From: an uncultured Gemmatimonadaceae bacterium
GTDB taxonomy: Bacteria; Gemmatimonadota; Gemmatimonadetes; Gemmatimonadales; Gemmatimonadaceae
Length of the DNA stretch: 64,000 bases
NCBI GenBank assembly: GCA_963781585.1
Contig: CAWAGQ010000006.1
Span: 128,001 to 192,000 of the forward strand
Reading direction: 5' to 3'
Part shown: piece after piece, positions 29,955-39,558 of the stretch
How positions within the stretch are numbered: the stretch's first letter is position 1
Layout: every line of letters begins with the position of its first letter
The notes under the pieces: generated by a model
The model's database searches: none
What the model saw: the letters and a program-made list of their open reading frames with translations, nothing else
Told to the model about the DNA's origin: nothing
Translations under genes and position numbers: made by a program

Positions 29955-30037
29955 GGCCGGGGACGATGTCGCGGAGCCGTGGACCCTACCGCGCTCCGTT
30001 ATCCTCCGACGTCCTGCTCCCGAACTCCTCTTTCACC

Positions 30038-30778
30038 ATGTCCCGCCGTCTCATCGGCTTCGCGGTCTTTGCACTCGCCATTTCGTCAGGGTGCGCCCGC
30101 CTCGGCTTCTGGCAGATCTCACGATTGCACGAGCGCCAGGCGCGGAACGCGATGATCGTCGGTCGTCTGGACGCGCCGCCGATGCGCGCTGCGGCGCTCG
30201 CAGGCGACACCGGCATTCGCTTCCGCCGCGCGACCGCGTCCGGACGCTACGATTACGGTCACGAGCTCCTCTACGCCACGAGGCCTCGTCAGGGATCGCC
30301 CGGCGTGAACTTTCTCACGCCACTGCTGATCGGTTCCGGGGACACGGCCCTGCTTGTGAATCGGGGATGGGTCTACTCTCCCGACGGCATGACGGTGGAC
30401 GCAGCCCGTTGGCGGGAAGCGGAGGGGGACTCGGCGCGCGTCGACGGCTTCGTGGAGGAATTCACCCGAGCCGATGAACCGGTGTCGACCCACACCGCGC
30501 CCACCGCCGTTCGACGCCTGGACTTCGACTCGATTCAGGCGCGAATGCCCTATCCCATTCTGCGGCTCATCCTCGTTCAACAGATCCCGCCCGACTCGGC
30601 TGCCGTGCAGCGCGTCCCCGTTCGCATCGACCCGCCGCCGCTGAGCGAGGGGCCGCACCGGTCATACGCGATACAGTGGTTCGGATTTGCCCTGATCGGA
30701 ATCGTGGGCACGGTGATGGTGATAGAACGCGACCGTCGCCGGTCGCGCGAGCGGGCCGAACCTGGGCAAACAGGGTAG
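30038..30778 (+). CDS. SURF1 family protein
   Basis: LGFWQISR, LVNRGWV, GPHRSYAIQWF. Confidence 0.9.
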   Translation: MSRRLIGFAVFALAISSGCARLGFWQISRLHERQARNAMIVGRLDAPPMRAAALAGDTGIRFRRATASGRYDYGHELLYATRPRQGSPGVNFLTPLLIGSGDTALLVNRGWVYSPDGMTVDAARWREAEGDSARVDGFVEEFTRADEPVSTHTAPTAVRRLDFDSIQARMPYPILRLILVQQIPPDSAAVQRVPVRIDPPPLSEGPHRSYAIQWFGFALIGIVGTVMVIERDRRRSRERAEPGQTG

Positions 30779-30886
30779 AATTCGGCAGTCGTCAAAGCGC
30801 ATCGCGCTGACCCCGCCGTCGCCAGGTTCGTCAATCTCCGGGAGATGGCCGCACGCGCCGGACGCGCTTTCATACACGAGACTCTC

Positions 30887-32821
30887 ATGACCGATACGCC
30901 GCACGGACACGCCACCGAAAAGGAAGCTCGCGATGTCGCCGAAGCGGCGCGCGAGACCGAGTGGCAGCATCCGAGTTTCGTCCGCGAGCTCTTTCTGGGT
31001 CGCTTCCGACTCGATCTGGTTCATCCGCATCCCGAGCGGCACGATCCCGATGAGGAGGCGCGGGCTGCGGAGTTCATGGCCCGGCTGCGCGAGTTCCTGG
31101 AGCGCGTCGATTCCGAAGAGATCGACCGGACGGGCGAGATTCCAGAGTCGCTGGTGCAGGAGCTGCGCGACATGGGCGCGTTCGGGATCAAGATCCCGCG
31201 CGAGTACGGCGGCCTCGGGCTCTCGCAGATGACGTACATCCGCGCCATGGAGCTGGTCACGTCGAAGGACGGCAGCCTCACGGCGCTCTTGTCGGCGAGT
31301 CAATCCATCGGCGTGCCGCAGCCGCTCAAGCTGTTCGGCTCCGAGGAACAGAAGCACAAGTACTTTCCCCGGCTGGCGAAGGGAGCGATCAGCGCGTTCG
31401 CGCTCACCGAAGTGAATGCCGGTTCCGATCCGGCCAACATGGCGACCACGGCGACGCCGGTGGACGGCGGACGGTCCTTTGTGCTCAATGGGGAGAAGCT
31501 CTGGTGCACGAACGGGACGCGCGCCGAGCTGTTCGTGGTGATGGCGCGCACGCCCGACCTGGAGATGCCGGACGGGAAGAACCGCAAGCAGATCACGGCA
31601 TTCATCGTCGACGCGGCGATGCCGGGAGTGGAAGTCGCTCACCGATGCCGATTCATGGGGCTCAAGGCGATCGAGAACGGGCTGATCCGGTTCCGGGACG
31701 TGAAAGTGCCGGCCGAGAACATTCTGTGGGGCGAGGGAAAGGGACTGAAACTGGCGCTGATCACGCTGAACACGGGACGGCTCACGCTGCCGGCGGGGTC
31801 GGCGGGAGTGGCGAAGGCGATGCTCCGGATCTGCCGTGATTGGGCGAACGAGCGCGTGCAGTGGGGGCAGCCGATCGGGAAGCACGACGCGATCGCGCAG
31901 AAGATCGGGCACATGGCGGCCGATGCGTTCGCGATGGAGGCGGTGGCCGAGTTGTCGACGGCGCTGTACGAGCAGGGCGGGTACGACATCCGGCTCGAGG
32001 CGGCCGTGGCCAAGATGTGGAACACCGAGATGGGGTGGCGGATCGTCGACGACACGGTGCAGGTGCGCGGCGGGCGCGGCTACGAGACGGCCGACTCGCT
32101 GCGCGGACGCGGGGAGAAGCCGATTCCGGTGGAGCGGGCGATGCGGGACTACCGCATCAACCTGATCTTCGAGGGGTCGTCGGAGATCATGCGGCTGTTC
32201 ATCGCCCGCGAAGCGGTCGACAAGCACTTCGCGATGGCGTTCCCGATCGTCAGCCCGGATTCCACCATGTCGCAGCGCCTGTCGGCGTTGGGCAGTTCGC
32301 TGCCGTTCTACGCCTCGTGGTATCCGGCGCGGTGGCTGTCGGTGCTGCGGCCGCGCTCCTACCGGGAGTTCGGGCGGCTGGCGAGGCACCTGCGGTTCGC
32401 CGATCGCGCCACGAACCATCTCGGGCGGGCGCTCTTCCATGCGATGATCCGGTTCGGCCCGAAGCTGGAGCGACGCCAGATGGTCCTGTTCCGGGCAGTG
32501 GACATCGGCGCCGAGTTGTACGCGATCGCCGCGGCGTGCGTGCGGGCGCAGATGCTCGCCCGGCGAGGGCAGCGCGAGGCGGTCCGCCTGGCCGACGTCT
32601 TCTGCCGCGAGGCGCGTGAGCGCATCCGCAAGCGCTTCGGGGAACTGTACGGCCGGAACGACGTGACAGTGTATCGGCTGGCGCAGGAGGTGCTGCGGGG
32701 CGAGCACGCCTGGCTGGAGCACGGGATCGTGGGGACGGGGTCGGACGCGCCGGCGCCCGCGGCCTCGCGTGAACCGGCCGCGTCGCGCGCGGCGCGGGAG
32801 CCGGCGGGCGTGGGGGACTAG
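30887..32821 (+). CDS. Acyl-CoA dehydrogenase (VLCAD/ACAD9-like long form)
   Basis: FALTEVNAGSD, LNGEKLWCTNG, LNTGR, GGRGY, RINLIFEGSSEI. Confidence 0.95.
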   Translation: MTDTPHGHATEKEARDVAEAARETEWQHPSFVRELFLGRFRLDLVHPHPERHDPDEEARAAEFMARLREFLERVDSEEIDRTGEIPESLVQELRDMGAFGIKIPREYGGLGLSQMTYIRAMELVTSKDGSLTALLSASQSIGVPQPLKLFGSEEQKHKYFPRLAKGAISAFALTEVNAGSDPANMATTATPVDGGRSFVLNGEKLWCTNGTRAELFVVMARTPDLEMPDGKNRKQITAFIVDAAMPGVEVAHRCRFMGLKAIENGLIRFRDVKVPAENILWGEGKGLKLALITLNTGRLTLPAGSAGVAKAMLRICRDWANERVQWGQPIGKHDAIAQKIGHMAADAFAMEAVAELSTALYEQGGYDIRLEAAVAKMWNTEMGWRIVDDTVQVRGGRGYETADSLRGRGEKPIPVERAMRDYRINLIFEGSSEIMRLFIAREAVDKHFAMAFPIVSPDSTMSQRLSALGSSLPFYASWYPARWLSVLRPRSYREFGRLARHLRFADRATNHLGRALFHAMIRFGPKLERRQMVLFRAVDIGAELYAIAAACVRAQMLARRGQREAVRLADVFCREARERIRKRFGELYGRNDVTVYRLAQEVLRGEHAWLEHGIVGTGSDAPAPAASREPAASRAAREPAGVGD

Positions 32822-32924
32822 CCGGTCGTCCGGCACCTCGAATCTGCGTCCCGATCCACCCCCGGGTCGGGGCCCGGCGTTCGTACTGCAACTCGTCAGG
32901 CTGCGCCGCTCGGCCGTCCTCCGA

Positions 32925-34307
32925 TCAGCCGAGGTGGAGCAGGCGGCGCGCGATGCTGAAGTAGGTCACGATGCCGAGGACGTCGACCAGCGAGGCGACG
33001 AACGGCGACGAAGCCACGGCCGGATCGAATCCGATGCGCCGGAGCAGGAGGGGGAGCATCGCGCCGAGGACGGTGCCGGCCAGGATGACCGTGAGCAGTG
33101 TGAGCGCCACCACGATCGCCATGTCCAGGCCGGCGTGCCACATCAACGCGCGCAACAGGCCAACACCGCCGAGGAATCCGCCGAGCAGGAGCCCCTGTCC
33201 CAGTTCGCGCCGCAGCACGCGGAGCACATCGCGCAACTCGATGTCACCCACCGCGAGGCCGCGCGTGATCAGGGTGGCCGACTGTGAACCGGAGTTGCCG
33301 CCGGAGCTGATGATCAGTGGGACGAAGAACATCAGGGCCGTGCTCGCCTCGAGCAGCTGCTGGTATTCGCGGAGCGCCGTGCCGGTGAACATCTCCTCGA
33401 CGAAGAGCAGAATCAGCCATCCGCCCCGCTTGCGCAGCACGCTCCAGAAGCTGGCGGCGAAGTAGGGCTCCTCGAGGGGCTGGACCGCACCGAGGCGCTG
33501 CACGTCCTCGGTCTGCTCCTCCACCATGGCGTCGATGACATCGTCGACGGTGATCACGCCGACGATGCGGCCGAAGCCGTCGACCACCGGGACCGCGACC
33601 AGGTCGTACTCGGAGGTGAGGCGGGCGACCTCGGCGCGGTCGGCGGAGGTGGGAACCGAGAGGATTTCGGTGCGCATCACGTCGGCCACGGTCGCGCCTT
33701 CGGGCGCGGCCACCAGCTCGCGAAGCGACAGCACCCCCACCAGCTGCTCGTCCGTGTCCACGACGTAGATGGCGTGCATGGCTTCGTGACGTCCGCCACG
33801 CGCAGTGGCCCGGACGGTGGCCAGCGCTTCTTCGATGGTGAGATTGCGCGCGACCGAGACGAACTCGGTCGTCATCAGCCCGCCGGCAGTGTCGGGCTCG
33901 TACTTGAGGAGGCGTTCGGTCTCCTGCCGTGCTTCAGCCGAGAGATCGGAGAGGATCTCGTCGGCAGTCTCCTCCTCCAGCTCCTCGAGCACGTCGACGC
34001 GATCGTCGGGATTCATCTCGGCGACGAGCTCGGCGGCCTGTTCGGTGCTCATCCGCTCGAAGAGCTCGGTGCGGAGCTCTTCGTCGAGGTACTCGACGAC
34101 TTCAGCCGCGCGCGCCGCGGGGAGGGCGCGCAGGAATTCGAGCGTGCGTTCCGGCGGCATCGCCTCCGCCACGTCGGCGAGATCGGCCGGGTGCATTTCT
34201 TCGGTCTCGACGGCGACGTCCTGCGGAGACTCGGCGAGCAGGGCGAGAATATCCGGGGCGAGCAGGGCCGCGACGGGACGGTCGGAGCTGTGCTGTGGTG
34301 GCGTCAT
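32925..34307 (-). CDS. mgtE: Magnesium transporter MgtE
   Basis: HPADLAD, YEPDTAGGLMTTE, CBS pair, SSGGNSGSQ, DPAVASSPF. Confidence 0.96.
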   Translation of the reverse strand: MTPPQHSSDRPVAALLAPDILALLAESPQDVAVETEEMHPADLADVAEAMPPERTLEFLRALPAARAAEVVEYLDEELRTELFERMSTEQAAELVAEMNPDDRVDVLEELEEETADEILSDLSAEARQETERLLKYEPDTAGGLMTTEFVSVARNLTIEEALATVRATARGGRHEAMHAIYVVDTDEQLVGVLSLRELVAAPEGATVADVMRTEILSVPTSADRAEVARLTSEYDLVAVPVVDGFGRIVGVITVDDVIDAMVEEQTEDVQRLGAVQPLEEPYFAASFWSVLRKRGGWLILLFVEEMFTGTALREYQQLLEASTALMFFVPLIISSGGNSGSQSATLITRGLAVGDIELRDVLRVLRRELGQGLLLGGFLGGVGLLRALMWHAGLDMAIVVALTLLTVILAGTVLGAMLPLLLRRIGFDPAVASSPFVASLVDVLGIVTYFSIARRLLHLG

Positions 34308-34521
34308 ACGTCGTGTCCGGACAGTGGCTTGCGAGGCCGGTGAGGAAGCGCGCGGGCAAGTTAGACGTGTCGCTGCGGCGGTACAAGAACGGCTCATCCC
34401 CGGTTCCCAACCTTTCGCATTGGATCGGTGTCGCATTCACGTCTGGTGCGGGGCGTGGTGGTGGGAGGGGGATCTACAATCCCGTCCGGCCCGACGTCCT
34501 CCCGAATTCATCCCAAGCCCG

Positions 34522-37077
34522 ATGCGCTCTCTCCCGATCGTTCTCGCGGTCAGTCTCGTTGGTGGCGGTCCGGTGGCCGCGCAGCAACTCGTCAGGCATC
34601 CAGCCACCGCTCCCGGCGCTCCGGCGGTTGCGATCGCGCGCGCGGTGAAGGCGCCGGACGCAATCGTCGTCGACGGCAAGGACAGCGATTCGATCTGGCG
34701 GGAGGCGCCGGTGGTGGACGGGTTCCGGATGTTCGATCCGGTGGAGGACGCCAATCCCACGATGCGGACCACCGCACGGTTCGCCTACGATGCGCACAAT
34801 CTGTACGTCCTGGTGCGGGCGTTCGATCCGCACCCGGACAGCATCATGGCGCTTCTCTCGCGACGGGATGAGCGCACCCAGTCCGACTACATCCGGGTGA
34901 TCGTGGACTCATACCACGACAAGCGCACCGGCTACGAGTTCATGGTCAATCCGGCAGGCGTGAAGCGCGATCTCTACCTGTACAACGACACCCAGGAAGA
35001 CGCGTCGTGGGACGCCGTCTGGGATGTGAAGACGACGATCGATTCGTTAGGGTGGGTGGCCGAGTTCCGGATTCCGCTGAGCCAGTTGCGGTACCCGCGC
35101 TCGGAGACACACACGTTCGGCGTGGCGGTGCACCGTGAGGTAGGGCGGCTCAACGAGCGATCCAGCTGGCCCCTCTGGCGCCGGTCGCTGTTCGGCATCG
35201 CCTCGCAGCTGGGCGAGGTGGAGGGGCTGACGGGTATCGCCGCCCCGCGCCGGCTGGAGGTGCTGCCCTACTCGGTGCAGACCAACGAAAGTGTGGTGCG
35301 AAACCAGGGATTCGGCCGAACCCAGCGCGGCACGGTGGGCGCCGACATCAAGTACGGTCTGTCGTCCAACCTGACACTCGACGCCACCGTGAATCCGGAT
35401 TTCGGGCAGGTCGAGGCGGATCCGGCGGTGCTCAACCTCTCGGCGTTCGAGCAGGTTTTCGGCGAGCGGCGCCCGTTTTTTCTCGAGGGTACGGGCATCC
35501 TGCGGTTCGACCAGGACTGTAATGATGGGAACTGCACCGGACTGTTCTACTCGCGCCGCATCGGTCGCGCGCCGCAGCTCTCGGGTCTGAGCGCCGATCC
35601 GAACGCGGTGCCCACGGCGACGACCATCGCCGGAGCCACCAAGCTCACCGGCCGATTCGCAAACGGCCTGTCGGTCGGCATCCTCGATGCCGTCACCCTG
35701 CGGGAGTCGGTGGGCGACACGCTGACCGTCGAGCCCCGGACGAACTATCTAGTGGCGCGGTTCAGTCAGGATCTGCGCCAGGGGAAGAGCGGCATCGGCG
35801 CGATTCTCACCGCGGTGAACCGGGATCTCGACCCGCAGAGCCGGCCGTACCTGCGCCGCGAGGCGTACACCGGCGGCATCGACCTGCGCCATCGCTTCGC
35901 GCGCGGCGGGAACTACCAGTTCAGCGGCAACGTGGTCGGAAGCCTGGTGCGCGGATCGGCGGGCGCGATCGCCATCACCCAGCGCAGCTCGGTGCACTTC
36001 TACCAGCGTCCCGACGACAATCTGCGCTACGACACAACCCGCACCAGTCTCTCCGGATACGGCGTCAGTGTCGGGTTGAACAAGGTTGGCGGCGGCATCA
36101 CGCGCTTCTCCACGGGCGGCTGGTATCGTTCGCCGGGGCTCGAGATCAACGACGTCGGGTTCATGACGAACGTCAACAACATGGGCTGGTCGAACTGGTT
36201 CGCCTTTGTCTTCCAGAAACCGAAATCGATCTACCGCAGCCTGCAGATCAACTTCAACCAGTGGAACAATTTTCTCCCCGACGGCAGGACGACCGGAATC
36301 GGCGGCAACGTCAACGCCAACGCGACTCTCAAGAACATGTGGTTCGTGTATGGCGGCATCGGCGGGTCGCGATCGGCGTATTGTGCGTCGTGTCTGCGCG
36401 GCGGGCCGCTGCTCCGCACGACGCCGCAACTCAACAGCTGGTTCGGGTTCTCGGGCGATTCCCGGCATGCGCTGGTGCCGGGGGTCGATGGGGGATACAA
36501 CCGCGGTGACGACGGCCGGTCGTCTTCATTCTCCTTCGGGCCGTATCTCAATGCCCGGATTGCCAGCCGGTTCTCGATGACGGTCGGAGCGTCGTACAAC
36601 CGCAACGTGAGCGACCGCCAGTGGCTCGGGAACTACGGGGACATCGGGAGCGATACCACGCACTACACGGTGGCGCACCTGTCGCAGAAGACGCTCTCGA
36701 TGACCACCCGGCTGAATTTCACCGTCAGTCCCGCGCTGTCGTTCCAGTTCTACGGACAGCCGTTCGTGTCGTCGGGCACCTACTCGGACTGGCGCGAGGT
36801 CACGAACCCGCGGGCGACGCGCTATGGCGACGCGTTCGTCCCGTTCACCCAACAGGGCGATCCGGGCGCCTTCAACTTCAAGCAGTTCCGCTCCAATACC
36901 GTGATCCGGTGGGAATACCGTCCGGGGTCAACCCTCTTTCTGGTCTGGCAGCAGGGGCGCGAGCAGAGCGACCTCGACCTCGGCGAATTCAGCGCCCTGC
37001 ACGATTACCGGAACCTCTTTGGGGCCCACCCGCGGAACACGTTCCTGGTCAAGGCGAGTTACTGGCTTTCGTTGTAG
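34522..37077 (+). CDS. DUF5916 outer-membrane protein with N-terminal CBM9-like domain
   Basis: Signal peptide; VNPAGV, AEFRIPLSQLRY, TVNPDFGQVEAD, ERRPFFLEG, FYSRRIG, VIRWEYRPGS. Confidence 0.88.
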   Translation: MRSLPIVLAVSLVGGGPVAAQQLVRHPATAPGAPAVAIARAVKAPDAIVVDGKDSDSIWREAPVVDGFRMFDPVEDANPTMRTTARFAYDAHNLYVLVRAFDPHPDSIMALLSRRDERTQSDYIRVIVDSYHDKRTGYEFMVNPAGVKRDLYLYNDTQEDASWDAVWDVKTTIDSLGWVAEFRIPLSQLRYPRSETHTFGVAVHREVGRLNERSSWPLWRRSLFGIASQLGEVEGLTGIAAPRRLEVLPYSVQTNESVVRNQGFGRTQRGTVGADIKYGLSSNLTLDATVNPDFGQVEADPAVLNLSAFEQVFGERRPFFLEGTGILRFDQDCNDGNCTGLFYSRRIGRAPQLSGLSADPNAVPTATTIAGATKLTGRFANGLSVGILDAVTLRESVGDTLTVEPRTNYLVARFSQDLRQGKSGIGAILTAVNRDLDPQSRPYLRREAYTGGIDLRHRFARGGNYQFSGNVVGSLVRGSAGAIAITQRSSVHFYQRPDDNLRYDTTRTSLSGYGVSVGLNKVGGGITRFSTGGWYRSPGLEINDVGFMTNVNNMGWSNWFAFVFQKPKSIYRSLQINFNQWNNFLPDGRTTGIGGNVNANATLKNMWFVYGGIGGSRSAYCASCLRGGPLLRTTPQLNSWFGFSGDSRHALVPGVDGGYNRGDDGRSSSFSFGPYLNARIASRFSMTVGASYNRNVSDRQWLGNYGDIGSDTTHYTVAHLSQKTLSMTTRLNFTVSPALSFQFYGQPFVSSGTYSDWREVTNPRATRYGDAFVPFTQQGDPGAFNFKQFRSNTVIRWEYRPGSTLFLVWQQGREQSDLDLGEFSALHDYRNLFGAHPRNTFLVKASYWLSL

Positions 37078-37078
37078 A

Positions 37079-37154
37079 GGCCAAAGCCATAGGCCATAGG
37101 CCAGAGGCCATAGGCCAGAGGCCATAGGGACAAAGGCCATAGGCCATAGGCTGA
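37079..37154. repeat. 7-bp tandem array starting immediately after a stop codon
   Basis: ggccaaa gccata ggccata ggccaga ggccata ggccaga ggccata gggacaaa ggccata ggccata. Confidence 0.9.
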
Positions 37155-37301
37155 AGGCGTGGCCCTCCGACTTCCGTTGACGATGTCGTGGCGGCGGACG
37201 ACCTTCCCCGGGGAACTCACACTCGCGGCGCCACCAGCTTCTGGCGCTCCGCTCGCGACCACCCGCGGGCAGCGATCCGTCAACGCCTAGTCCCCTACCG
37301 C

Positions 37302-38186
37302 ATGCGCGTCGCCTTCCTCGGCTTGGGGGCCATTGGTGCGCCGATGGCCCGGCACCTCGCCACCTACGAGCTCAGTGTCTGGAACCGCACCGCCGGTACC
37401 GCCGAAGCCTTCGCCAGGGACACGCGCGCGCGCGTGGCCCGGTCACCGCGCGATGCGGCCAATGGCGCGGCCGTCGTTGTCACCTGTCTTCCGACGTCGC
37501 GCGAGGTCGAAGCACTGCTGGATGGCGACGACGGCCTCTTCGAGGCGATGGACCGCGGATCGACGCTCGTGGACTGCACCTCGGGCGACCCCGCGACCTC
37601 GCGACGCATCGCGCGCCGGCTGGCCGACCGCGGCGCGGATTTCCTGGATGCACCGGTGAGCGGGGGCGTGTCTGGCGCCGAGAAGGGGAAGCTCACCGTC
37701 ATGTGTGGAGGCGACGACGACGTCTTCGCACGCGTTCGCCCGGTCCTCGAGACATTCGGCGAGAAGATCGTGCTGTGCGGGCCGGTGGGGGCCGGGCACG
37801 CGGTGAAAGCTGTCAACCAGGCGATGCTCGGCGCGCATATCTGGGCGCTGTCGGAAGGTCTCGTGGCCCTGCAGAAGGCCGGCGTTCCCACGCGGACCGC
37901 GCTCGAGGTGATCAATGCGTCGAGCGGCCGCTCCAACACATCCATGAACCTGTTCCCCGACCGCGTGATGACGCGCGCGTTCCCGCGCACGTTCCGGTTG
38001 GCGCTGCTGGACAAGGATGTGCGCATCGCCGCCGACTTCGCGCGCGAGCACGGAGTTGGATCACCGCTGCTGCAACTCACGGCCGAGCTGCTCCGCGTCG
38101 CCCGACATGAGTTGGGCGAAGACGCCGATCACGTGGAGACGGTGAAGGTGGTGGAGCGCTGGGCCGGGGTAGAGATTGGCCGCTGA
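37302..38186 (+). CDS. Beta-hydroxyacid dehydrogenase (3-hydroxyisobutyrate dehydrogenase family)
   Basis: FLGLGAIG, WNRT, DAPVSGG, KAVNQ, LDKD. Confidence 0.92.
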   Translation: MRVAFLGLGAIGAPMARHLATYELSVWNRTAGTAEAFARDTRARVARSPRDAANGAAVVVTCLPTSREVEALLDGDDGLFEAMDRGSTLVDCTSGDPATSRRIARRLADRGADFLDAPVSGGVSGAEKGKLTVMCGGDDDVFARVRPVLETFGEKIVLCGPVGAGHAVKAVNQAMLGAHIWALSEGLVALQKAGVPTRTALEVINASSGRSNTSMNLFPDRVMTRAFPRTFRLALLDKDVRIAADFAREHGVGSPLLQLTAELLRVARHELGEDADHVETVKVVERWAGVEIGR

Positions 38187-38217
38187 TCGCTGAAGCTGAC
38201 GACCTGCCAGACGAGAA

Positions 38218-39480
38218 ATGACCCACGCCACCGAGCCCGATACGACCGTCGCGACCACCGAACAGATCCGCACCCGCTTCCCGGCGCTCGAGCGGATCCA
38301 TGCCGGACATCCGGTTGCCTACTTCGATGGGCCGGGCGGGACTCAAGTGCCGACCGACGTCGTGGACGCGATGACGGACCACCTCTTCCGGCATAACGCG
38401 AACACGCACTGGCACTATCCGTCCAGCGAAGAGACCGATGCCGCCATCGAGGCGGCGCGCGGCGCGGTGGCCGATTTTCTGGGCGCCCGGCCTGACGAGG
38501 TATCGTTCGGCAACAACATGACCACGATCACTTTTCATCTTGCTCGGGCGCTGGCGCGCCGATGGAAGGCGGGCGACGAGGTCGTGGTGACGGAACTGGA
38601 TCATCACGCGAACGTGGCGCCGTGGCGGGCCCTCGAACGCGAACACGGCGTCGTGGTGCGGAGCATCCCTTTCGATACCGACTCGGGCGAACTGGATCTG
38701 GACACGCTGGCAGGCATCCTGTCGAAGAGGACTCGCCTGCTCGCGATCGGTGCCGCGTCGAACGCCCTCGGCACCATCAGCGATGTGAAACGCGCCGGAG
38801 GGATGGCGCACGATGCGGGCGCGCTGGTGTTCGTGGACGCGGTCCATCTTGCCGCGCACGCCGCCATCGACGTCGCGGATATGGATTGCGACTTCCTGGC
38901 ATGCTCGGCCTACAAGTTCTACGGTCCGCACGCGGGATTTCTCTACGGCAAGGCCGATCTGTTACAGGCCCTCGATGTGCCGAGGCTGGAGCCGGCGCCC
39001 GACACCATTCCCGAGCGTCTGGAGACCGGCACGCAGAATCACGAAGGGATCGTGGGCACGGGCGCCGCGATCGAGTTTCTCGCTGCCATGTCTCCGGGGG
39101 TCACGCGACGCGAACGGCTGCGCTCGACCATGGGGACGCTGCACGACCGCGGAACCGAAATTGCGGCGGCCATGTGGGACGGCCTTGGTCGAATCCGAGG
39201 GGTGAGGTGTTACGGCCCACCGCCGTCGCGCCCGCGCACGCCGACCATCGCGTTCGTCGTGGCTGGCATGTCGTCGGAGGGGGTCGCGGAGTGGCTCGCA
39301 CGGCGCGGTATCTTCGTCTCCCACGGTGACTTCTACGCCACGACCGTCATCGAACGCCTGGGGCACGCGGGTGACGGCGTGGTTCGGGCGGGGGCGGCCT
39401 GCTATACCACCGCCGGCGAAGTCAGCCGGCTTGTCGACGCCGTGGCCGAAGTCGCAACGGCGACCCGTCGTGACACGTAG
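38218..39480 (+). CDS. Cysteine desulfurase-like class V PLP enzyme
   Basis: YFDGPGGTQVP, LDHHAN, DAVH, SAYKFYGPH, ETGTQ. Confidence 0.9.
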   Translation: MTHATEPDTTVATTEQIRTRFPALERIHAGHPVAYFDGPGGTQVPTDVVDAMTDHLFRHNANTHWHYPSSEETDAAIEAARGAVADFLGARPDEVSFGNNMTTITFHLARALARRWKAGDEVVVTELDHHANVAPWRALEREHGVVVRSIPFDTDSGELDLDTLAGILSKRTRLLAIGAASNALGTISDVKRAGGMAHDAGALVFVDAVHLAAHAAIDVADMDCDFLACSAYKFYGPHAGFLYGKADLLQALDVPRLEPAPDTIPERLETGTQNHEGIVGTGAAIEFLAAMSPGVTRRERLRSTMGTLHDRGTEIAAAMWDGLGRIRGVRCYGPPPSRPRTPTIAFVVAGMSSEGVAEWLARRGIFVSHGDFYATTVIERLGHAGDGVVRAGAACYTTAGEVSRLVDAVAEVATATRRDT

Positions 39481-39558
39481 GTGGGGCACAGTCCAATGGG
39501 TCATACGTGGGCGTCGATGATGCCATCATCGTCGCCCGTTCCATACCTACAGCGATCC

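Noticed and set aside
24150..37154. CRISPR array from the GGCCATA repeats
   Set aside because: Units are 7 bp and contiguous, with no spacers and no cas genes
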